From contig JAUCBJ010006863.1 of assembly GCA_032718475.1 (NCBI GenBank), forward strand, positions 1 to 51,126: a stretch of DNA of 51,126 nucleotides. The letters are read 5' to 3'. The stretch comes from Nemertoderma westbladi. Taxonomy: Eukaryota; Animalia; Xenacoelomorpha. The notes beneath the pieces are model-generated. The model was given only the letters and a program-made list of their open reading frames with translations. It made no database searches and was not told the origin of the DNA. The position numbers and the translations under genes are program-made. Positions 35,291 through 47,366 of the stretch are shown here, piece after piece (the stretch's first letter is position 1; each line of letters starts with the position of its first letter).

Positions 35291-36255
35291 GGCCTGTCTA
35301 ACTTACAAGAACATCTGCTTGGGGTTGACCGTGAAACTATATTACTCCTGGCGAATGGCGAACAGAAGGTTTGACATCATGCTTATCAGATAGAGTCAGT
35401 CTGGCGCAACATCCCCAATAGGCTAAGATTGTTCAGTTTAACCAATATAAACAGTTATTGACCACCATTTCCCCTTTGATATGTCCACATGTTGCTGCCC
35501 TGTATATTTGAACAATAATAAATTTCATTTTCCTCTACCGGTAACTGAAACTGCTCATTACTGATGGGCGAATGGGTTTGTGCCAATAAAAGTGGGGGAT
35601 TGACAGGCAAGCCACTGTTGTTTAGGACTTAACAGTTTTTCTAATTAACAACCAAATTTCTATTGGCGCATCAATTGCGGTTTTATAAAAAGCTTAGTAC
35701 TGAAAGGGTTAATGATCGTTATCATTGTAATAAATTATTAAACTATTTTTAATTATTTATACCTTACCTTCTTAGAGAAGCTCGAAGTTGTGAGGTTGAA
35801 TGGTTCGTACGGAAGTTATATGAATCTCTTCCTCATCGACGCCGGAACTGCTGGACTTCGTCCTCCACACAACGTTCCATTGACCATTATATTGTTGTAA
35901 TTGTTCGGCCAAATGTCGCCGATCAACCGCATTTATTATAGTCTGACTCTTAGACTAAATAAAAAAAAGTAATAAAATCCTTTCATTGCGTGCATATAAC
36001 GAAAAATATAATTTTAACCGTTTGCATAACAACACTTAGAAAAGGCGGCGCACTGCCACCTTTTTCATTCTTAATAATTTAGGACCATACTCATAAAGGC
36101 GGCAATGTGCCGACTTTATATAATTCTAACTTACCCCCCAGGACGGCAGAGTGCCGAGTTTACATATCCTGACCACACGGCACCAGGGTGCTATATTCTA
36201 TATATGAATGATTTAAAAATTTCGAAAATGATTAAAAGCGGCACAAAAAAAAAGC

Positions 36256-37717
36256 GGCACCTTTCATTCCAAAACCCAGTATCCCCAAATTTTCCATTTT
36301 GAGAAAAACGCAAAAGACTTTGGAAGTTCTGCGATTGATGATCAAAGCTATGAAATGAACCCAAAATTTGTCAGAACCAAGGGCAGCCATTGGTTAATTT
36401 AGCCAACCAATAAAAAACAGGAATCTATTTACCAGAATTTAATTATTACTCATGAAATGAGGCATAGTCGTTGATACTGGGTTTTGATATGAAACATTTT
36501 GGAGATACTGGGCTTTGGATTTATGCCAAAACCCAGTATCTCCAAAAAGTCCAAAAAACTTATCCAAAAACTTTTTGGCAAACCTTTGTTTCAATTAATT
36601 TAAGCCTTTTATTACCAATTAGTATTATCGAACCTTTTTAAGACATTGTTCATCCATGCAAGCTGTTGTTTTCCCTTCGGTACATGATGCACCCCCACAA
36701 GGTGTTGTTTTCCCTTCGGTACATGATGCACGCCCACAAGGTGTTGTTTTCCCTTCGGTACATGATGCACCCCCACAAGGTGTTGTTTTCCCTTCGGTAC
36801 ATGATGCACGCCCACAAGGTGTTGTTTTCCCTTCGGTACATGATGCACCCCCACAAGGTGTTGTTTTCCCTTCGGTACATGATGCACCCCCACAAGGTGT
36901 TGTTTTCCCTTCGGTACATGATGCACGCCCACAAGGTGTTGTTTTCCCTTCGGACATGTGCACCGCCACAAGGTGTTGTTGTCCTTTCGGTACAGATGCA
37001 TCACCACAAGGTGTTGTTTTCACCTTCGGTACATAATGCACACCCTCAAGTGTTGTTTTCCCTTCGGTACATGATGCACCCCACAAGGCTGTTGTTTTCC
37101 CTCGGTACAATGATGCACGCCCTCAAGGTGTTGTACTGTATGTACATGTTGTTACTGTTAGTTGTTGTTGTATATATACATAAGAAAGATACTGTGTTTT
37201 GAATTATAAAATATGTTCTTAAAATAGACAATATATTCATTGCAAAACCCAGTATCTCCATCAGTATTAATTTTTAGAACTGTCACACCACTTTGGACAA
37301 CACATGATTGATGTTCCCATCAATGAATTTCCACAAAAACTTACCAGTACCTAGTTAAGCTATTGGTTAAATTACCCACGTTGTCAAAAATATGAATTTG
37401 TTTTCCGGATTTGAGCAATTGCTCATAAAATGGGGCATAGTCAGGTTTTGACATACAATTTTTGGAGATACTGGGTTTTGTTATACGTAATTTTTATATG
37501 TATTTTCTATATAACTAGATGAGATACTGGGTTTTGAATTTTAAAATATGCTAAAAATGGTGAGATACACGGTTTTGGCAATTTCAAAAACCTATTTCCC
37601 CTTCTTCAAATGCTTAGAAACTTCACAGACAGACGCAGAACAGTTTCCTGATTCGAATGATATATAAAACTCATTTTTTTAAAAATTTGAGATACTGGGT
37701 TTTGGAATGAAAGGGCC
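36256..37717. mobile_element. Non-autonomous TIR DNA transposon with reiterated subterminal motifs, superfamily unassigned
   Basis: TIRs GGC(A)CCTTTCATTCCAAAACCCAGTATC and GATACTGGGTTTTGGAATGAAAGGGCC. About nine copies of an AAACCCAGTATC-like motif occur in both orientations. Confidence 0.85.
36662..37133. repeat. 39-bp minisatellite, about 12 copies
   Basis: (GTTGTTTTCCCTTCGGTACATGATGCACSCCCACAAGGT)n; it explains the overlapping repetitive ORFs in several frames. Confidence 0.95.
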
Positions 37718-37747
37718 GATTTAGTGAAATATATTTTGAATTTTCTA

Positions 37748-37800
37748 ACGCAAAAACAACCAGAACAGTGGATCACGACGCAAAAACAACCAGAACAGTG
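37748..37800. repeat. Tandem duplication with a 30-bp period
   Basis: ACGCAAAAACAACCAGAACAGTG occurs twice. Confidence 0.85.
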
Positions 37801-38759
37801 ACAGCGGATCGCGATGACAAACCGATAGAGTCTTTGGAATCAGTGTATGTAGATTGACCAGAAAAATTAAAATTTTATTTTATACTGTAATGTTTAGAAA
37901 CAATTTCATTAACGCGTTGGCCGTGAAAAACCGGCCCATGTAGGCCTAAATCTCTGCAGCGTTCCGCCTTTGAGAGTAAGATAAGGGGCCGTGCACAAAT
38001 GATGTTACGGTCGAAGGGGGGGGGGGGGGGGGGGGGGGGGGGTTGCAATTTTGTGACATGGGGGAGGGGGGTGTAGCTATACTAGTATACGTCACAATAG
38101 AAATAAAATACATAAAACCAACATCAACTACCAAAGTGAAATCTATTCAAGTAATCACGAATCGAGGTGATGAAGTGTTAATTCTAAGTGGCTATAGATG
38201 AAGAACACCCAATTGACTGGGTAGATAAGGACGAGGTAGAGTTAGACCCAGGAAGTGGCACAATAGTCGATCGTATACCTGGTGCACTTCGGTGACCGAA
38301 ACTCAGATGTCGTCATTCCTATGGGAGTGAATATGTGGGATGTCGGAACCAGAAAATAGCGGATAGAGTCGTGGATAATGCATTGGATTGCGATTGGAAG
38401 TGCCGGTTGCGTCCAATCTTACTCATTTTGTACTGGAATGCAACAAATTTGATAGAAACGTAGCAGATTAATAATTAGAAAAACGCCCGGTAGCATTACT
38501 TTAGTAGCCTCTAACATTCTTATATAAGATAAGTAAGAATTTCTTATAATTCGTACTCATGAAAACTGCACGAAAAGAGAGATGCAAGAGGCAGGTTGTA
38601 CACAATAATGCACGCTCATATTAAATATGAGCACATATAGTAGCGATGTGTATGTACAGTATATACGGTGTATTTAAAAGTATCAACTGCTATATACAGG
38701 GTAAAAATATATGATACTGTAGATATACCCGCATCCCAAATAGTCTAGCGCGTTAGGAA

Positions 38760-40725
38760 ATGTTCCTTTAGATTTGATTTAAATGATTTTGGATTTGTTG
38801 ATAGCTTCCTTATATTAACTGGCAAAGCATTCCATAATCTAACGCACTGAATGATGAAATTGTAATGACCGTGTTTGTTTATTAATTTAGGTAATTTTAT
38901 TATCATTGTTCTGTTATTTGTTTGTTTATTAATTTGGTTTGAAATAAATGGTAATGCAATGGAAGAAAACGTGGTTGAGATTTGATATGTGTAGGGCCGA
39001 CTTTATAAAAGAAGTTGAGAGCATAGTATTCACTATACGCTGAGAGAGTCGGTAGTTTGGCATTAGTTCTTAATATGGTAGCTGTACTATCTTTTGGCCG
39101 TGTATTGAATATAGAGCGGAGAGCAAAATATTTTTTCTATTTTATATAATATTTATTTATGACCATCGACGTTATGTATCGATAAAAATAGTTGGCAACA
39201 GTTGTAGTGATGCGATGGTTGAACGATAGATTTATACATTTGTAGTTTAGTGTTTAGAGGTAGTTGACCTTTTATTTTTTGTAGACAAGATATGCTGAGG
39301 GCCATTTTTTTAGTATTGAATTAATGTGGTCGCGCCATTCAAGTTTATTATCTAAAGGAACACCAAGATACTTAACTGATTTTGATTGATTGATAGTTAT
39401 ATTAATTCTTGACGATCATTTTTTGGAGATAATAATAAAAATTCAGTTTTTTCACGATTTAGCTGTAGATTCATTGTCCCGAAAATAGTGGTTCAAAAAA
39501 TGTATTTAATTTTTTTTATTAAGAATTCAGTGGCTTCTTTTGGGGATTTAGCTGAAGTGTATATGGTGGTGTCGTCTGCGTGTTGAATTATTTTAGTTTT
39601 GGAATCTGATACCATACTGTGAATTTTATTTACACACAGAGCGAATAGTAGTGGACCAATCAGGGTACCCTGTGGTACTAACTCCTCGCAGCTCACGCTT
39701 GGCTTATAGGTTGAAAAAGAAGACCCCAGTTTGACACGCTGAAATCGGTTACTTAGATAGCTTTTTATAAGGGTTCAGGCAGAAGATTGAAAACCTAATG
39801 TAAGTAGTTCATTTATTAGCTGTTCGCGATGTAGATAATTAAATAAATGACTTGCTTAGATCGAGAAAAGCTATAGCGATGTAATTATTACCGTCAAGTT
39901 GTTTTCTCCAGTGTTCAGACGCAAAAGTTAGTGCTTAACAACCGTTGAGTATTTCTTACGGAATTTCAAGCTAACCGTGTTAAGTTTTTGTTGGTTTAAG
40001 TATATTTGATAGACAAGTAATTTTTCAAATATAGGATGAGTTATTGAGATTGCTCGGTAGTTGTTCGGGATTGTTTCATCACCTTTTTAAGATCGGTGTA
40101 ATATTATAAACTTTTAGTCCGCCGGGGGGGCTTTTTCCTCTCTTCTTTGATTAATTCTTATTGGCGGCGTTTTGGTTAAATTTTCTTAATTATTTATTTA
40201 AATTTCTTAAGTACCGATTTTGGGATAGAATTGCTCAATTTTAATCTGTATCTAATAACTGTGCCTCGTCCTGCGCGACGGCCCCACGAACGTGTTTCAT
40301 TGAATATCTCTGCAATCTGCTTAGCATTAAATATTGATTTCCCCTTGTATTATACTCAGTAATTGGTTTGCTAGTTCGATTTGATTTATTTAGTATGTCA
40401 TAATAACTTTCCAGCGACACTTTGTACTAATTTGTGAAAGGTTATTACTTTTATCGTATTCTGTTTTTAGCTTTTTATTTAAATTGTTATACAAATTCCT
40501 AGCTTTTTTAAATTCTTTGAAGTCTGTCTCTCTAGTTTGGATAGACCGCCATTTGTGTAGGAGTTTATACTCTTGTTTATTCGCATGTTCTCTAATTCCC
40601 TATTTCCCCATTTCTGGTTTTTTCCTCGTTGCCGCAATTCAGTTTTTTTTGCTTCCTAATAATTGGTGCATATTTATCTAAGATATGCTCAAGATTTTTT
40701 TCGAAAAAAGATAAGCTCCTATTTG
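38760..40725 (-). pseudogene. Old degenerate CR1/L2-type LINE RT remnant
   Basis: The minus strand gives LDKYAPIIRKQ, NNYRAISI, VPQGTLIGPLLF, HADDTTIY, VKYLGV and RLWNALP, with many stops and frameshifts. Confidence 0.85.
40120..40291 (+). mobile_element. 3' fragment of the second Helentron-like family, inserted in the LINE remnant
   Basis: Near-identical to 26810-26971 and ending in CTCGTCCTGCGCGACGGCCCCACGAAC. Confidence 0.8.
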
Positions 40726-40932
40726 TGTCAGTGTATAGTATGTAACAATAATATTTAGAACAATATTTATTAACAAATAGTATGTAACATTTAGAACACA
40801 ACAGATCAATATAATATTGAAACAGAAAACAATCATTATTTGATAATAAATTATAATATGATTATTGACAATAATTTGAAATAAAAGGCACAATATAAGA
40901 TTTGTAAAATAGCACCAAACACTGGGAACTGC

Positions 40933-42414
40933 CTATTGAGTGCCACCTTCGGTTAACTTTGCTATATTTTCAACAGACGTATCTCTTTTGATATGGTCTG
41001 GTTGTTCCATTCGACCTTTATCGGCAAGCAACCGAAAATACGGGGTGTGGAAAAACGCAATAGTTACTACCGCAGCTATGGCAACCAAACTCGCGAACAC
41101 CATAGCCGATATAGTCATATCCTGCGGGTCAGCGGTGGAACCCCCATTGAGTTTGGCGCAGTTCTGGACAACCAATTCATGAGCGGACGGCTTCTGCCCC
41201 AACAGTTTGAGTACGAGGATGTAAACGATCCCTTGGATCTGCCCGGAGGCGAAGAGGAGACCACCAGAGGTAGCCTCCGCTACCGGGTAGGTGCACTCCA
41301 CCCCCAACTCGAGGCAAACCGGCAGCAAAGGGATGGCGAAGAAGCCGAAACCCGCGTTGGCGAGGACAACCAGTACCGCAGCGTCGTAGAAAGTCGAGGA
41401 AACCGCGATGAGAATACCGAAAACTCCGGCCAATCCGAAGCACAACTTCATAATATCCTCGTACCTCTTCGTTTTATCCAACGCAACTCCGGCAATTCCG
41501 GCTCCAACGAGCCCCGCCCCGGTCATCGCCGCTACGCAAATACCCGCTAACTTGTCGTCGTAACCACGGATACACAACATCTGTTCCAGAAGAGTTTGAA
41601 GCGCCGATAACAACCCAATACCGGCGCCGAATGTAACCAACAGTATAATGTAGGGTTTACATCGAAGGAGGGCTTTAACGCCGTCTTTGAATGGCTCGGA
41701 TTCCTCGGCAGCTGATAGAGTGGGTGGGGTGGGCGGCTCGCTAGGTGGCCAAACCGAAAAGAAACCCACAATTATGAGAGTGCCCAGAGTTGCGGGAGCC
41801 ACGTAGACACCTAGCAGTAGCGGCATATTAGAGACGTCAGTAACGATAAAAGGAGAGAGAAGCCCCGCTATTAGCATCCCGAGGGGATTTGCTGCGGAAG
41901 CTAATGTGTTAGCCGTGGCGCGCTCGTGATTACCGAACCAGACGGCGGCGAGTTTAGTTGGCGACGAAACTATAACGGGTTGAGAGAACGCACACATAAC
42001 CTGTCCCAACATTGCGATAGGGAACATCCAGGGTGTGGGGAGCCAGCTGCTGGCCATCCTGACTACCGCACCGGTAGTGTTTAGCAGTGAGCCCAGTAAC
42101 ATGGCCGCCTTCAACCCTTTTGTGTCGATCAACCAGGTTGCCGGGAAGGTTACGGGAATAAATGCGATCAAATAGACCAAAGAGAAAACATCGATGTTAC
42201 CGAAATCCGTGTCGTAGAATTCCGCGGCTTTGTTTGCTATCGGGGCGTAGGACAACCAGATTGAAGAGTTTGAGAAGTTGATGACGCAAAGACCAAGGAG
42301 TAGGACCCATCTGCGTTTATACAAGGTGAAGGATAAACCGTAATCGAGGGACGACGGTGCATCTGGTAAAATAGGTAGAATCTCGGCTTCGGCTGGTAAT
42401 GGACGCCTTTCCAT
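40933..42414 (-). CDS. SLC49A3: MFS transporter, SLC49A3/MFSD7-like (FLVCR family), uninterrupted CDS
   Basis: 493 aa, about 12 TM segments, with the signatures LYKRRW, IWLSYAPIA, SPTKLAAVWFGNHERATAN, PPTPPTLSA, TLLEQMLCIRGY and ELGVECTYPVAEATSGG. Confidence 0.9.
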   Translation of the reverse strand: MERRPLPAEAEILPILPDAPSSLDYGLSFTLYKRRWVLLLGLCVINFSNSSIWLSYAPIANKAAEFYDTDFGNIDVFSLVYLIAFIPVTFPATWLIDTKGLKAAMLLGSLLNTTGAVVRMASSWLPTPWMFPIAMLGQVMCAFSQPVIVSSPTKLAAVWFGNHERATANTLASAANPLGMLIAGLLSPFIVTDVSNMPLLLGVYVAPATLGTLIIVGFFSVWPPSEPPTPPTLSAAEESEPFKDGVKALLRCKPYIILLVTFGAGIGLLSALQTLLEQMLCIRGYDDKLAGICVAAMTGAGLVGAGIAGVALDKTKRYEDIMKLCFGLAGVFGILIAVSSTFYDAAVLVVLANAGFGFFAIPLLPVCLELGVECTYPVAEATSGGLLFASGQIQGIVYILVLKLLGQKPSAHELVVQNCAKLNGGSTADPQDMTISAMVFASLVAIAAVVTIAFFHTPYFRLLADKGRMEQPDHIKRDTSVENIAKLTEGGTQ

Positions 42415-42607
42415 TATTACCTATAGGCCTGTACCTAGTATACCGGTAGCCAGTAGCTGTAGGCGTAGGCCTATGACATTGTAATGTAATATTGTAATGA
42501 ACAATGCACAGCACAATGTAACCAGTACTGCAGTAAACGTAAGCTTGGAAGATACCAAACCTACCAGCCTACCTTATACTCTGTGTGTGTGTATGTAGAT
42601 TATTCAA

Positions 42608-43040
42608 CGAGAGCCTGAAAGTGAAATACAGGTACTTTATTAATTCTATTAATTATAAATCGTATATATTATTTTCAAGTCGGCGTGAAATACACCGTGA
42701 AATAAAGTAACGCATATGAATGGTATTATGGGGTATCTGTATATGTCACAGCGTAAAACAAAGTAGCACTATTCTCTCAGTATGATTGTACCGCATTGCT
42801 GCATTGTGCTTTATTTGGCGGTGTATTTCACGCTGACTTGAAATATATATTCGATTTATAAAAGTAGCACTGTATTTCACGCCGACTCGAGTGGCAATAC
42901 TGTATTTCCACGAACGAGCGCAAGCGAGTGAGTGAAATATGAAACGAGGGCCTGAAAGTGAAATAGGTATTTTATTTAAATCGAATATGTCGCTTTATTT
43001 TCAAGTTTCGATGTATTATTAATTAGAAATCGTATATTAT
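42608..43040. repeat. Palindrome-rich dispersed repeat
   Basis: Inverted arms at 42653-42697 and 42819-42861. CGAGCGCAAGCGAGTGAG..GAAATATGAAACGAG at ~42915-42948 matches 25873-25906. Confidence 0.6.
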
Positions 43041-44968
43041 GGTACTGGCTGACTGGTGTATCCCCATCAAAATAATTATACTAGCTAGTTTTCGCTATTT
43101 CTTTTTATGACAATGTTCTTGAACATGTTTGATATTATTTAACATTAAAACATATGTTCTAGAACAAATATTTTTTGTTCTAGAACGAATTTAATAAAAG
43201 CTTAAAAAAATTATTTTTTATTAATAAAGTTGCATTAGATGTCACGGAAATTATATTCAATGTTTATCTATAGCTACGATTTATAGCCCATGGAAACGAG
43301 ACGCAGTCTCATGGGGCTATCCTCGACGACAAATCATTATTATTATGTAATGTTTTAGAGATCCCGTGCAACTACGTATATCCTATGCCCATCTTATTTT
43401 CAGTTCAGTAACATATAAAAATATTGTTTATAAACATACAGTACAGACATTTCTAACCTCTTTTAAATTGGACCATTTTATTTTCAGTAACATATTTCAA
43501 TATTTTATATAAATGTATACAGTACATTACAGATGCCTAAGGAACAATTAATATATCTGATTGAAGGACTTTGCATTGGCTTGTCGGTACCTTTGTTTTA
43601 TATTTGATTATGTTATCGTTATTGTTCATATTTTAATTGCGTAAGTTTTAGCTGATTTGACGTCTAATTCAAATTCAAATTACAATAGCTAAGAAGAAGC
43701 TTAAACCCATTTGCCGATCTTCTGGACTTGATTAAACGTTATTATACAGTAATGTTAAAACAAACCCGCTATCCTAATACGTCTACGATGGAACAACATG
43801 AATAATAAATACTGTATAATGAAATATAGTACGTATGCTACTGTAGTAAGGCGAAGGCCTACTGAGCTGTAAGTACACCCGCTATCCGACATCGTAGCCA
43901 GCAACCGGCCGTTGCCAATCTCCAACATCGCAGAGGTTGGCCACTTGAACACCGCAGTTTTAGGTCTTCAAATTGCGACGACCGGTTTCATGTTTTATGG
44001 TGATTTAATATAATGAAAATAAATTAGAATAATGAAACAAAAATAATTTAATGACCTCTTGTGGCCTCCATTCGAACAGTTTGATGAAAGAGATCATTAA
44101 ATTTAAATGAAAGGCTCTCGTGGATAAGTAAATAAATAAGAGATAATCAGGACTCAGAGTCCAAATCCTATCTACCTAAGCCGACAAACAAGTCAATAAA
44201 TAATCCAATTCGACCTGTAATCACTTACTGTCTCACTGCATATTTAGTTAGCCATTGTCACAATAGATATAACGACATCTAAAAACTAAACTACAGATAT
44301 AATATACCTGTCAAATAGACATCTATTTGAAAAATCCGCTATTTCTCACTAATATGAAAGTTTTTTAATTAGCCTAATCTGATTTTTTCACAAATTTTCC
44401 ATAAAATAGGTTTTAAAAAAGGACTATTATTCGATAAAAAAAAGTAAGCGGAAAACACAGCTTTTTTCATTCATTTTCAATTTAGCGAAATTCAATTATT
44501 CTGTCTGAGTTTTACACGAGTTGGCAGGGTTTTAGCAATAGCGAATTAAGTGTTAAAAGGCCAACTTGAGGAAAACTCAACACACGAGGGCAGAATAACT
44601 TAATTTTGCTAAAGAAATGAGTGTAAAATAGAGTTTTCCGTTACGTTTTTATATCGAATATATATTGTTTTATTTGAAAAAAAAATCACCAGCGTTATCA
44701 TTGTTTACGACGTATAACACTCTATTAATGCTGCCCACGCTTTCAGATCCTAAGATTTCTGAGTCAGTAGCTCCGAAAACTTCGCGTCATCTTGCTCGTT
44801 CAAATTTTCGAGCACGTACAGATCGCCAATATTTAGGCCTACCACCAGGTCCGGTACCGGTAACAGCCATTCTGTAGGATATGAGGATGAGGGATGAGAC
44901 AGGTCTATCCACTATCACAATTCCAGTATTCAGATAGTACTGTACGTACAGTCAGACAGTACTAGGCC

Positions 44969-45948
44969 GGGTGTTTGAAAAAGGTGGAATAGACACAGAA
45001 AACATGGATAATGGACAGACCAATCACGGGCGATTTGCGTCACACATCATATCCACCTTTTTCGAATTTGAATAAGGTGGACTGATTGAGAAAGAGAAGG
45101 CAATGAATTGACCAATCAGATTGATTTGCACATTATAGCAACTCTGTCCACGTTTTTCAAAAAATTTCTGAAGGTTTTTATGGATTATTATTGTTATTAT
45201 TATCCCATACTTATTGTCAGATTGTGACCAACCGAAGTTGTCGAAATAGGCATAGTTCAATAATATGGGGCGAGCCACGAAGTCTGAGCTGAGCCTTACA
45301 GCCTTAGCATCAATATTGGAACGTCAATATTCAAACTCATTACATTATAAAGCTAATTATAATAACTATCTATTGTAATGTGAGGGAAATATAATCATCA
45401 CGAGATCTGTTATTAAACGACCGAGCGCAGCGAGGGATGAGGTAAATAAATCCCCATATTTTGGGAGTGGTGGTCCGAAACCTTAATTAAAACTGTCATG
45501 TAATCCCAACCTTAAATATTTTGGATCCTAAATTCCACAAAATTTCATGATTATTAGAGCATCGGGACTTTAAGGTTATAGGGTTACTAATGACAGTTTT
45601 ATTTGGGGTTTGGGCCTGACCAACTAACCCAACCACAAAAATATACCAATAAATCCAAGTCAAAGTGCTGTACGGTGCGCTAGACCTACTATTATTATAC
45701 TGTATGTCTATAGGGGGGCAATCCGCGCGGGGGGGGGGGGGGGGGGGGTAGATACGCCTAGGACACCGGCAGCATTCTTAATGCAGCTAATTCCAGCATG
45801 CCCATTATAGATAGATAGATAATTGAAACCTGAAAAAGGTGGAAAGTCCAATCACTAATAAATAGCTTTGCATTGATACGTTTTTGATTGGTCAGACTAT
45901 TATCTATGTTTTTTGTGCATATGTCCAGTCTACGTTTTTCAAACACCC
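44969..45948. mobile_element. Nested MULE-like TIR element with a 10-bp TSD
   Basis: TIRs GGGTGTTTGAAAAA and TTTTTCAAACACCC extend imperfectly for at least 60 bp. GTACTAGGCC flanks both ends (44959-44968 and 45949-45958); the TSD is 8 bp if the TIR is read one base longer. Confidence 0.8.
45472..45616. repeat. Small inverted-repeat element nested in the MULE-like element
   Basis: GGTCCGAAACCTTAATTAAAACTGTCAT..AACCTTAAA is matched by the inverted TTTAAGGTT..ATGACAGTTTTATTTGGGGTTTGGGCC. Confidence 0.6.
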
Positions 45949-46822
45949 GTACTAGGCCTACTGTGTTATGTGTTACAGTGTACAAAACAAAGTACCGGTA
46001 CTGTACAGAGGGAAGATTATTGTGCAAGCTACAGTAGTTGTACAGTAAAATTAATTAAAAAATACTTTTTTAAACTAATTTTCCTAAACAATTAGTTAAA
46101 AAAAGACTTTTTTTAAACAAATTTTCTTGAAATTAGTTAGTGAAAAAAAGTTTGATTAATTAACTCAATCTTTAAAAAAATTAGTACGAAAAAGTCTTTT
46201 TCAAATAAAAGACTGTATTCTTAAATTGTAACTTTTCAAATCCCAAATCGGGAGAAAATGAGTATTTTTCCCCCGGGGAAAAAAATTAACCCATAAGATT
46301 GCATTGATTTGACTTTTTTCCCTGCGAAAAAGCAAAATAATATATATTTGGTGGAATTTCTTAAATTTAATTACATATGTTGACAGAGTATCTGTAATTT
46401 GAGCAAAATCCATGCACACGCTGAAACGTTACTGCAACTTTAGTGTCTCAACATTGAGTAAGGCAGCATCAGGAGTTGAACAGTACAACAATTTGAATCG
46501 CAGTAAAGATGGAAGCAATATAGTAAAATACTACAGTTCAATATTATTTTATAACACTATATCTCTCTTATCTTTTCTTAAAGAATTAAGAAACAAAAAG
46601 TACCAATATAAGATTAAAATTACGCATTACATGGAAAAAGAACGTAACATTTTTTCAATATTCTCCCGAAATAAAATAAATTAAATATGCCTCGAGAATA
46701 GTGTAATAAATTTAACAAATAATTATTTTCTCGAATTTATCAGAAAGTAAAGTTTGTGTAAAATACTTTATTTCACTAATTTTCCTGATCATTAGTGAAA
46801 AAATACTTTGATTTACTACACT

Positions 46823-47366
46823 CACACTCTTACAGTACCAGAGCTAGTGCTTCAAACTTCTACCTCCCGAATTGTAAATCCTTTGAATCTGATACTTTCT
46901 TTTTTAACGGCATTAAAAATTGGAACGCTCTGCCTAATGAAATTAAAAACCTAAATAATCAACATTCTTTTAAATCTGCAGTTAAATCTCATCTCCGTGT
47001 GCAATGTAAAAATAGGTACAATAGTCCTACAGTAAGTTATTAGTTTATTAATTATTTACTATTTATACTGTAATTACGTTTTATAATAAATTGTTCTGTA
47101 CATTACATCTTTATCGTTGAGTCGGGCATTGTCACGCTCTCGGTAAAGTTGTACATGTACATAGTGTAATTACGTTATATATTGGTTTTAGGTTAGCGTA
47201 GTGTAATATTGTATTTGTAACCAAGTAACATAAAGGACCCCCTTGGAAATAAGCTGCAAAGCTTTAGGGGTAATCCTATATGTTATGTTGGACAATACCT
47301 TTATACCGGTACATTGTTTGGTGTATTTGTTATTGTTTTTACATAATGTATAAATAAATCTATCTA
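46823..47366 (+). mobile_element. 5'-truncated copy of the CR1-group LINE
   Basis: Matches 22017-22560 with only two substitutions that I could see, and ends in AATAAATAAATCTATCTA. Confidence 0.95.

Noticed and set aside
36612-37202. Repetitive ORFs in five frames
   Set aside because: They result from the 39-bp (13-codon) minisatellite.
38130-38440. GC-richer island as a possible minus-strand exon
   Set aside because: An acceptor-like TTCCAG is present, but all three frames hit stops and no homology is recognisable.
46795-47043. 82-aa ORF as an independent gene
   Set aside because: It is the C-terminus of the LINE ORF in the truncated copy, joined to a few flank-derived codons with a GTG start.
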